Shown here in pieces: positions 1-11,400 of a stretch of 64,000 nt of DNA. Position numbers and translations under genes: made by a program. The notes below the pieces were generated by a model that made no database searches, was not told the origin of the DNA, and saw only the letters and a program-made list of their open reading frames with translations. The DNA is from Phoronis australis (taxonomy: Eukaryota; Animalia; Phoronida): assembly GCA_002633005.1 (NCBI GenBank), contig NMRA01000025.1:531502-595501 (forward strand). Direction: 5' to 3'. Position 1 is the stretch's first letter. Each line of letters starts with the position of its first letter.

Positions 1-2639
1 AATACAGAATCGGTGAGTTAACTTCAAGGTCATTGTTCGCATTTATTTAGAAAAGTTCAAAAACGACTCGACATTTCCATTTAGTCGCAAAGCCATTGTC
101 AATGCGACTTTTCCTTACAATAAATATGTGCTCCGTTTTTTTTGCTGAGACATTTCTTGTGAAAATAAATATGACCGAAAGATATGACCATTTCTTGGTT
201 GATTTTTTATGAACATACACTGAAGTGCATCACATCAATCGTATTTGTGCTGACCATTCTATTGTGAGGTTTTAACAAAAAATAACAGCAAAATTTAATT
301 TGTAAGATCGAATGCTGTTAAAGTCTCTCTTCCTGTTTTAGGGTTCATGGATGGTTGGGTTGATGATGAAAAATGCCTCGCGCGCCTGACAGACAAAGTT
401 CTACCCGCCAATCAAATATTTTACTACAAGAATTCGGTGGAACTGAAAAACGCCATACTTTCGGGCGAAGTAAGTGCAGGGACACGTCAATCTTTCAGAT
501 TGAAAAACCATGTGCTTTAGACGGACAGTATAGGGCTGTAGGATCGAGATACACCACAATGGACCAATTGCGATACGTGCCGCTGAGTTACGACAGTTTT
601 TGAATCCTTGTGATTGGGTTTGAGTTGTGAAACTAGACAACATACAACTTTTCACAAAAGTGTTAAAATTTTTCAACAGACTAACACATGTACTTTGGAC
701 TGGCAAATTAAACTTTCACAAACTTAGGCAGTCTTAGAAAATGGTTAGTAGGCCTAAATAAATTATGATGAGTGCCACGTGACGTGCATTTCTCAGTATG
801 CAACGAAGATACGCAAATTCGCTATTTCTAGTTCTGTTTCTGAGCTCTAGTGCTCGGGGATTTTCTTTTCTCAATAATTTATACTAAACTCCACTGATGA
901 TCGTATGTTATACATGCACACAGAGGCCATGTTACAGATGACAGGAAACGGAATGGCCCACTTGTGTCCACCAAACTTTACGCATACTTCTAAAGTTGAC
1001 CAACCGCGCGCTATTCTTTAAACATTTTTGCAATTGCACGTGATTTAATTGGTCCATCCCTAATAAAGTTTGGTGGACAATTACTTGAACTACTCGAACT
1101 TACTGTAATATATATAATTTTTCATTTAATTTCGTGCTCAAGAGTAAATGATTTTCTGTGCATACAACAACGTACTCCAAGTTTACACTAAATGATCCTC
1201 CAATATTCTAGTTTACACTAAATGACCCTTCAACATTCTAGTTTACACTAAATGGCCCTCCAACATTCCAGTTTACACTAAATGACCNNNNNNNNNNNNN
1301 NNNNNNNNNNNNNNNNNNNNNNNNNNNNNNNNNNNNNNNNNNNNNNNNNNNNNNNNNNNNNNNNNNNNNNNNNNNNNNNNNNNNNNNNNNNNNNNNNNNN
1401 NNNNNNNNNNNNNNNNNNNNNNNNNNNNNNNNNNNNNNNNNNNNNNNNNNNNNNNNNNNNNNNNNNNNNNNNNNNNNNNNNNNNNNNNNNNNNNNNNNNN
1501 NNNNNNNNNNNNNNNNNNNNNNNNNNNNNNNNNNNNNNNNNNNNNNNNNNNNNNNNNNNNNNNNNNNNNNNNNNNNNNNNNNNNNNNNNNNNNNNNNNNN
1601 NNNNNNNNNNNNNNNNNNNNNNNNNNNNNNNNNNNNNNNNNNNNNNNNNNNNNNNNNNNNNNNNNNNNNNNNNNNNNNNCGGGCAAAATCCTGGCTAATA
1701 CTCTACCCTGACCCTCCCCCCAAACTCAAAATCCTGGATCGCCCCCACCCCCCCGTTTATACACTACCTGTGTTTTGTGTATTAGACTTAATATGGCGAT
1801 TTCTTAGAATAGCAACGATCATTGTTGTGTGCTCGGTTTTTGATTTGATCCCTTGGCACCATTTAAGGTACATGCTGGTCACATTGAAGAAGGGGTTTTA
1901 GAAACGTACATCACCGGCATGGCGAACCCGCTGCTGAAGAGGGTGGGGCCTTGGCGAACATGTGTTTTGCGCGGTGACGCTCTGATGACTGCATTAGATT
2001 CCGATCTTCCGGCTGCGTGGAACACGGGTTTTGAGAAGCTGGTTTCGAGCGGCAGGTTTGCCGATTTGTGCAGAATGGCAAACCAAACTCATAACGCAGG
2101 TAAGACACGTCTTCAGTTAAGGGTGAGGCTAAGCAGACTCCGCAGTGAATGCATTTGTTAGAGGTACGGAAAACATTCGCTATAAGCAATCTTGACATGT
2201 GAGCTATACGTTGAGAATTGTTTCAATGCCTCATATTTAAGAATTTTAATTAATTTGAACTTAGGCTTTAACCATGATTGACTTCTAGGTCAAAAGAAAA
2301 TGAAACCACAAACATTAAATTAAATTAATGGTTCCAGACACTAAATTAGCAACTGAAAATTGGAATGAAATGGCAACACCCGGACCGAACCGCTCTTACA
2401 AGTGCTACTGGAATCATGTCATTGTAAGGACGAACTCTTAATGAACTCAATGTGCCCGTTCTTATTGGTAACAAGGTCACTCCCACGATTCTGGTACATG
2501 GGTGTCGTGTTAAAAAAGTGGAGACACGTTCTCAGTAAATTTTGAGCTGTGTGACTTACCTTAGGCAATAAACTCCTTCTGAAGGTAAACCTTGACAATT
2601 TACTTTTCAGATGGCAAGGGCATAATCAATTGTGTTTAG
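1..2639 (+). CDS. 3' part of a spliced gene for a stand-alone solute-binding (SBP family 3 / PBPb-like) domain protein; exons <1-12, 342-469, 1868-2099, 2611-2639
   Basis: Four GT-AG bounded segments join in consistent phase (1,0,1): ..YRIG|FMDGWVDDEKCLARLTDKVLPANQIFYYKNSVELKNAILSGE|VHAGHIEEGV..TCVLRGDALMTALDSDLPAAWNTGFEKLVSSGRFADLCRMANQTHNA|DGKGIINCV*. Donors are gtgagt (13), gtaagt (470) and gtaaga (2100). The pattern 'RIGF..G', 'L..AI.SGEV.A' and 'N.GFEKL..SG.F..L' resembles lobe 2 and the C-terminal helices of type-II periplasmic binding proteins. The exon structure is well supported; the product is inferred. Confidence 0.72.
1181..1287. repeat. 30-bp tandem repeat running into an assembly gap
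   Basis: Unit GTTTACACTAAATGACCCTCCAACATTCTA, about 3.5 copies before the Ns at 1288. Confidence 0.9.
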
Positions 2640-5407
2640 TTTCGAGTCAACGACTGCAGTGTACGTACACTCCCTCCAGTGCGACAATAGAAGGCCTAGT
2701 CGCTTTTTGTACATTTTAATTTTCCATTTCACTTTGTTTTGCATGCTCACGAAAATGAACTCGGAAGCGTTCTAAGATATTGTTTCAAGCTGACGGTGTC
2801 ACATTCTTCACTCTTCGTGAAAACCGAAGAAATTTTATTTTGTCGGAGTTTTTACATTTAACGATAGGATTGCTCGATACCGAAACATTCGTCCATTGTT
2901 TGTATAACTTGCTGAATACAACTTTTGCATTTACATTGATGTGACAATTAAGTACGTGTAGATTTGTGGAAATAGACGACTGTCCTCTTTTTTGTCATGG
3001 CAGTTAGCATCCAATGTAATTAAAACTAAGCGGAATTAACATTGCAGGAAACCGGAGCTTGTAGTAGTGTTTCAGCAAATAAATTTTTTTTAAGTGAAGA
3101 CCACTCTAGCTAATTGTAATTAAGATTCTATTTGAAGCGTTGATTAAGTCGGGCACGTCCCGACGTGTAAGTCGCAGTGACGGGTCCAGGATGTCGTAAG
3201 GGGGCACCCATAATTTTGGAACAAATGAGCCCTCCTAAACGCTAAAACGGGGGGAGGGATTCCGGTTGTACGAAACAGTTCATATGTTTCCTTTAAGTTC
3301 CGAAAAACTGACAGTCTCTACGAGCCAGAAAGCCGCATTTCCTCGTTTTTCCGTTCTGACAACTGTACTCAATGGCCGAGGCGCCGCAGATGGTCAGTCC
3401 GAACCCTGTTACATGACAACTTACCTTTTACTTTAGTAATGATGTAAAAAACTGGACTTCACATAAATACGTCCTCATTGTTTGTACCAATGAAAACGTC
3501 TCGTGTATGACACAAGGAACAAATAGGCGTACACAATATAATCAACAAATTCCTCTTCATTGAGCCCATAGATATGTTTTTATTGCACCCAGGCGATACA
3601 TCCAAGAAGCCAACTACAGCATGTGGGTTGGCGAAAGAATACAGCTTCCAGACCCTCAAGTAGTTTTCCCCGCTTTCATAAATGAAGCTTGTCGGGTCAA
3701 TAGACTGGCGTGGCCCACGAGTGGGCTCATGCATGACGTCGTGCACGTGGGAATCACCGCTGCGCGCAAGTCGCTTGCGTCCCAGGATCCATTCAGATAA
3801 GTGGCTCTATAAAGCGACAGTTTTTACGAAACCAAAGATCAAAAACCTATCCCAAAGAATCTGTTGCCGAAATGCGTTTGCAGGAGACTTCTGTCATATT
3901 GGCTTTACGCCAGTGGAATGAATACTACAATTTGGGAAAAATCCAGAAAAAGAAGACAATTACTTCAACTGTAGTCTTAAACCATACCCTTCTTTCATTG
4001 ACTGAAGGGGATACCTTATCTTTCTTAAAACACAGTTTCTGCTAGCAAAGGGATCCATCGTGCTATCCAAAAATTTCAAAAAATTGATATACCTTGTGTA
4101 GATGAGAAGCAAGGATTTTTGTCCCATTGACTTTGGCGTCACAGTGCTATCCAGCTGTCCCACAGCAGGAATTCACACGAAATTTGTAAGAAATGTGACA
4201 CGCTCGTTTTCCACCTGCAGCCCTATGGTCGTTATGCACGGGTGTGCAGCAAAAAGTCGCTTTCATCCCAATTTTCTGCTAAGTTTGTAAACCTGCAGGA
4301 GGTCCACCATATGAGTAGGGTTGGCATGGTTATTTTGTTTACAACTTTTTCTGACAACAAGAAGTTTACTTAATTAATTTAATCTCTGCAAATTAATGGG
4401 AATTTAATGAAAGGATGGGTTAAAGCAAGAATCTTTAACTTCCAAAGGTAGGAACTGTTGCCAGCCCTGCTCCAGAACAAGTGGAATTCACACAGTTTCT
4501 GCAGCAGAATTTGATCCCAAAATGATGAATGGGGTTTTACAAACCACAACCCAGGACCTCCTGGCAGCCTACTCAAAATAACCATAATTCAAACAAAAAC
4601 TGATCATTAATACGCATGTCCATAATACAACCCATAAATTTAAGCTTATATTCCTGTGAAAATCCCAACAGATATTGTTTCTAAACAGAGAAATGCACAA
4701 GATGATTACATAACAATGGTTGAATGGTTTTAAATAATACAGTCAACAACAACTGGCCACAAACAAGTGTTTCATCCGTTTGTTTACAGAGTCACAACAT
4801 AAATAATACAACACCTAACAAATACACACTCATGAAAATTATGAATCATCCCAGAACATTTTCCCATTCAATGTGTTGTGCGACAGCCTAATAATATCTG
4901 ACAACATGTTAATAAGTACAACTAAGGTCAATGCAGAAGTCAATACACGCCCACTATGTGCATGAATACAGCACAGATACAAGGGAGGGAGATTTTGAAA
5001 ATTCCCACTACAGGGACAAATACTAGTAACTTAATAATAATTATAGCCTCTTGAAGACGCAAAGCATGTCAGGGCTGTTCCAGCAAAATCTGTATGGGAG
5101 GGGGGGAAGGCACTTTTATTTCGTACCCACCGCCCATATTTTTCATTTATTTCTCCAACCCATGACCCATAATTTTTTAATTATTTTTAATAGGTTAAAA
5201 TATAAAATCCAACACTTGCAAACAAATTGCCTCCAGGAGNTCATCATCACCATCATAACATTCATAGCAAGCCACAGAAATCCAACAAGAACACAGCTGC
5301 AGACATCTGGACAGAGACAACAGCAATATGCAGCCACATATGCATGTGTGGGCGCATAAAATACAAAAGGGGTCACATTTTTCAATGGCGCACCCACCGG
5401 AGCTGTT

Positions 5408-8400
5408 TCATGAATGACATTCAACTGTAGCATCGGAATTGTGAATTCCAACAAGAATATTTTCAGAACCTTTTGTCTGCGGAGATTTCAATAAAGATTG
5501 ACCTGGTACAATGTCAGTTTTAACCGGGGAAGCAAGAGTGTCAGCAGGTGGTGTCTGTGACGGTCGAGGCGATGTCTGTTGTGGGATTGAAACTGGTGCC
5601 GACCGATTCAGAACACCAGATGGCGAGACAACGTAAACATGTAATACTTCCGATCCACTTGGCTGGCTACTCTGCACAAAAACAAGTTGCCCTGGGGATA
5701 ATTGATTGACGGTGATCTGGTCAGAGACCTGCTGAGACAGGGCCATGAATCCTGGTGATTTCACAATTGGTGAGCTTGTGGGAGGTCGCTGATGTAACTG
5801 CAAGTCAGGTGTTTTCGAGCCAGGCATTCGAATGGTGCTAGATGGCAGCAACCTCACAACATTCGGAGGTCGCGACACTGAGGTAGATACCACTTTTTTG
5901 CCATTTATCTTCACCGATACTGGGTCGCTAACGGCAGAGCGTACCGCATCTACTGAGGCAGCACCAAAGTCAACAATGGGTTTCGGTAGACGTCCTGAAC
6001 GCGTCGGGCGCTTGCTCATGTGATCAAGTATTTCAAGTTCTTCATTATCGCTGGGTGACCCTCTGTCCTCTATTGTTGAGCGATAGCTGAAAAAACGCGT
6101 TTTTCAATCAAGCACTTATTTTAAATTGGTTGATTTATCAGTACAGAGATGCCCTGTTTCGTGATTGGTCATAAAAACTGAAAAATGAGTTCATGTAAAA
6201 TGATGATTGGCAATGATGCGGAGACAAGTTTATCTCCACAAAGCCCTCGAGTCAATACTCGCCTTCAGTCTAAGCTTATTTGTACCCAGTTTACATCAAA
6301 GTAGTACCAACTTTATTTTCCAGTCAAAGTAGAACAGTCAGTCAAAAATGAAACATGCAAGTCAGCCTGTCTTCATGCTTCTATCACATAAAACTTAAAA
6401 TGTCGATCTGATGAGTTTGCATGACCTTGTGCGCCATTGCTTTATCGAATTTTGAAGTATCCAGATAATTTTGAAGTATCCAGATAATTTTGAAGTATCC
6501 AGATAATTTTGAAGTATCCAGATAATTTTGAAGTATCCAGATAATTTTGAAAACTACAGTACTGTAGCTGTGACATTTTAAATAACTAGATAATTCATTG
6601 TTTTCTTGAGTAAAAGGTTGTTTCTTACATTCATGGAGAACATGACAAACAGAAACCATACGGAAAAAATCTAAAAAATTTAGGACACAATATAGCGACC
6701 AAGTGAAATGTCATTTTCTCAATCGTTCATAAAAAGACATGTAGCACCAAAACCAATGTTTTTCCATATCCAAACTCCGTATCACAGCTACCACAAGACA
6801 ACATTTTGAAAAATTTATGGGCACACACAACAATCCTAGAAGCAAGTGGAAAATGAAGAGAAGGCAATTTTGACAATTATTTTTGTCTGAAATTGGTGAG
6901 ATTTTATTGAACAAGAAGTATAGTCCCAGTCTGGTACTCCTGGTCCGGTACTCCTGGTCCAGTACTCCCTGTCCGGTACTCCCGGTCCGGTACTCCCAGT
7001 TCGGTACTCCCAGTCAACCACACAGAACAATTAGTAAAGCACATGCTCCATCTGAGTGTCTGCTCCACAGTACAAGACAAAAGTAATCAGACAAAATAAC
7101 ATTTCCCCATAGTGACGGCTACTTCCGCTAACAGCAAAAACAACTAACATGGGATTCTAATTACAGAATGGCCAAGACACCTTGCTAACTTTCTTGTAAA
7201 TTCCCTTTCAAGTCAGTCACCAGGGGAGACTACTCTGACAATGAATTCTACTTCCGCCCAGTCATGACAGGGAATTACGAGTCATTTTCTCTGAATATTT
7301 TTGGCTCACACTGTACCTGTCCTGTTACAGTAAGAGCAATCCTCCAATAGAAATTCAACGTCAACTTTTCAATCAGAATTACAGTTTAATAATCACTCAC
7401 TTGTAAGCAGTGTTATCTTCGGCGTCTGAGTCACTGTTGTCGCTGGGAACTTTAGTGTTTTCTGAAGGAAGATTCACAACATCACTGTTTGTGCATTTCA
7501 GCAACAGAGACCCATGTCAATTTTAACACTAATCTTGCACTTGCAGAAATGTCATAATTTCAACAGAAAATCAGATTCCTTTAAATTTCCTTCAACTTCA
7601 CCACCAGGAGAATAGGTCATGTGTAGTTAAAAACCTGTGATGTTAAGTGACCTAGTCATAGATGACAGCATTATGACATCAACCCACAACAGTATTTGAA
7701 CTGAGATATTGTGTACAATACGGAATAATACAACATCATGTCGCAGCACAGAAGGTCTATCAACTGTGGTCATCACTCACAAACTTTGATTATGAGGAGT
7801 GGAACTTTGCAAACTCTTTGAAAAACAAACAGTGTCAATTTTAATCAATCACTTTTGTCCAAATTCAATGTCAAGAGATTTTACTGTACATTAAACTCGT
7901 AAAATATTTGTAGTTTTTCTGCTTCAGTCTTTGTCATTATGGGTTTTTGTACTAAACATGAACAGCAGTAGAAAACCCATAAAGTGAATAATATGTTCAC
8001 ACACAAAATGACACATTAGTAATAATCGTTTGTATGGAACCTACTCCTTCCTTTCTTGGCAACAGGGTCCAAATTCTTAGACTTCTTGGTTTTTGACGTC
8101 CTCTTTGAGCCTTTCTCTCGGTTTTCACTCTCAGAATCGTCAAGATTGAATGTTGACAGATCAAAGGAACACTGTTCTCCTGTGAATTGGTGAAAACACA
8201 CAATTAAGACATCTCTCTGATAGACAGATTTTGTATCTGCTCTTGAAGCTTATCTTTCAACATGAAACAAAACAGTGTTGTTCATAATGTAGACAAGCTT
8301 CAATCATGGAGGTTTTACTAAAAGCCAGTTTACATTTATTTATCAAGAAATTCCCTTCAACACTAGTGTTCAACATGAAATATGATATTCTGTCATGTTG

Positions 8401-11400
8401 ATCAACACGAAATACAATACTCTCTCAACAATACCCTCTCTTCAATATTTCACTGCGTAACCTACACCCTCAACACTGTTGATAAACATGCCCAGACCTG
8501 CAACACCCTTGAGGAAAGTAGGTTTCTGTAGCTATTCCGTTGTGTGTTGAAAGGTAAACTTCAACAGAAGATACCAAATCAGACAGTCAGAGAGGTGTCT
8601 AGGTCAAGTGACAACACATAACAAACAAAATGTCAGCCTCCTTGAGTGAAAAATATGCCAGACATGCAAGGACTGAAGGCAAATATAGCATTGGAAGGCT
8701 TTGAATGGGATACTGGAAAAGTCAGACTTTTATCTGGAATCTAGAAGAATGGCCCTGCTTGTTCATGGCCTTGCATTTGTTGAATGAAACTCGTTGATCA
8801 ACAATGTTGAAATAGTACCATACTTCATACCAGTACCATACAACACTGTTGCAAGGAATTTATTGATAATGTCCAAATATCTACAAAAAGTACTTTGCAA
8901 AAGTTACCAAATTTCATTTGTACCCTACAGCATTAATTAAAGTTTAACGCTGGATAACAACAAAGGCATCACATTACCAGGCTGCTATTAGTGGACAAAG
9001 CTTTTGACATGAGGCAATAGTTAAAATTATCAAGAAGATAATTTCGATGTTTTATATAATCCAGTGCTGGTTAATAACTGGAGTATATACCGTACTCTAA
9101 TTTCTTTGTATTTTCCCTCTCTGCTCTCCGCATTCATTTGCTTCAATTTTTTCTGCAGTTCATTGGAAAAATTCTCAAACTAAAAAATAATCAGTGACTT
9201 TTGAAGAAAACACCTTTTTGACATAACTTTGACAAGACATAAGAATTCTGACAAGCTTTGCAATGCTTCACCTAGATCAAAACATATTGCAAGTGGGATC
9301 CAGTGGTATTTGAATCCATGACCTTGACAAAAGGAGGTGGACACTCAATCCCTCCTCATGCCTAGAAGATACTCACTGACAGCTTTGTCGACAAGTGCCT
9401 TGTTGCAGCGTTCCTCTCGCTTGTATTTATTCTGTGAACAGAAAATATACTCAATGCAGCACTAAAACAGAGGACAGTGCAAAAGGACAGCATACAGTAC
9501 AGGCCAAAAGTATTTTGACAAAATGACCCAGAATTTCTCGTCAAGAAAGCTGGGCTGAAGTCTACCATAATTCAACGTCAGAACACCCTTCTCTCATGGC
9601 CAGAAATTTAGGAGAATTAACATGATAGTTAGTACAGAGACTAAGCCATTCCCTAATTAAAATTTAGGAGAATTAACATGAAATTTAGTACAGAGACCAA
9701 GCCATTCCCTAATTAAAATTTTCCCGACATAATGGTCATTTCCAGCCATTAAGTTGTTACCAGAATCAGCCGTCATGATGGGAACTGGTATTTTGTGATT
9801 TCTTTAGTCTTGTATTGTACATCATGCTGCAGTGTTCACAAATTCTCGAGGCTTGTAACATTGTTCCACGAACAGTTTAGTAGAAAAGTAACAACACAGT
9901 TGTGCCACTTACTTTTTTACAGGCAGAAGGAAGTCTAAGATGTGATTGTGGGAAATTGTGCTATTCACAGAATTTTCCAGTGCAGCGTTCCATTGACACG
10001 AGAACCTTGCAAAAAACGCGAAATCACTAGAGACTTCACGAGGTATCACCATGCATTGCAACCGCAGCACACTATCACAAAGCCTAACCTTAATCACGAG
10101 ATTCTTGCGTCCATGCGGCTCAGCCCAGGCCACTCATCATTTTGCCATGCACAAGAGGAAGCCATTAACAAGAGGAACCCATTAACAAGAGGAACCCATT
10201 AACAGGTCCAATAAACTAATCTTCAAACGAAGAAATTCTGCTACTCAAACTGAGAAGAGATTGCTAATCATGTATCATGTCGTCTTGGTTTCGTTTCTTT
10301 TTTCTACAATTATAAGTTGATTCAATGCTGACCTTCAATTCTGCACGAGATCGTTTGGGAAACAGGTTGCTCATCATGGAGAAGTCTGTCCCGACACAGC
10401 TCAGCGCCTTGAAAAACTTTGCTGTCTCTGAAAACACAACCAACATTTTAACCATTAGCCGCACACAGAACAAAAGAATGTGTGAACTGTTGGAGAACAC
10501 ATCAGTGATGGTTCAAAGCACCATGCAGTGCCTTAGTTGAAAACCATTGTTTTGGTGCTTTGGGGTGAAATCCACAGGTTTATTTGCATAGTACGAGGAG
10601 TTGGCATACTTCCTTATTGCAGATGATAAAGCCATGAGCCGACTGGAGCTCATTCATGACATCAACATGAAGATTCACCAAGGCTAAGTTATCAACATGA
10701 AGATTCACCAATGCTAAGTTATCAACAAAAGTCATGAAGATTCCCCAATGCTATAAGTTATCAACATGAAGATTCACCAATGCTAAGTTATCAACATGAA
10801 AATTCACCAATGCTAAGTTATTAACATGAAGATTCACCAACGCTAAGTTATCAACATGAAGATTCACCAACGCTAAGTTATCAAAATGACGATTCACCAA
10901 TGCTAAGTTATCAACATGAAGATTCACCAATGCTACGTTATCAACATGAACATTCACCAATGCTAAGTTGTTTTATTCAAGATTGAAGCTTGCCATTTCA
11001 GCTTGCCCTAATTGGTGCTGTGCGGGACTTCAAAGGGAAATCTCGCTGAGAACAGTTATTTTTACAGAAATTAGTAGTAGCTTGGAATCGAACCAACTAA
11101 CTCCACAGTAGCAGCCCAACACTCTGACTTAGAGCAAAATCCTAGAGCTAAACAGTAGACAATTGTAAGTGTATTTATATGGTTGACACTGTCCTCAATT
11201 TCAGAGATGTCAGGCAAGAACTGAACCAGGTGATTAGTAATGAACTAATAAAAACACAAGATAATCTGTTGCATTATAGCTTCGGTCTAAGGCAATAACT
11301 TCAAGAAGGGTATCACAATGCGTCTTTTGGTCACAAAAATGATAATGTTGCTTTAAGGCTAAAACAAATTGAGACTCGCCATTATATATGCTGGCCTATC

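Noticed and set aside
1273-1698. ORFs made of X residues (also 15130-15462 and 37147-38531)
   Set aside because: They are artefacts of N gaps.
10751-10960. Repetitive ORF (VNLHVDNLAL)n resembling a repeat protein
   Set aside because: It is the in-frame product of a 30-bp intronic minisatellite, with no splice or start support.
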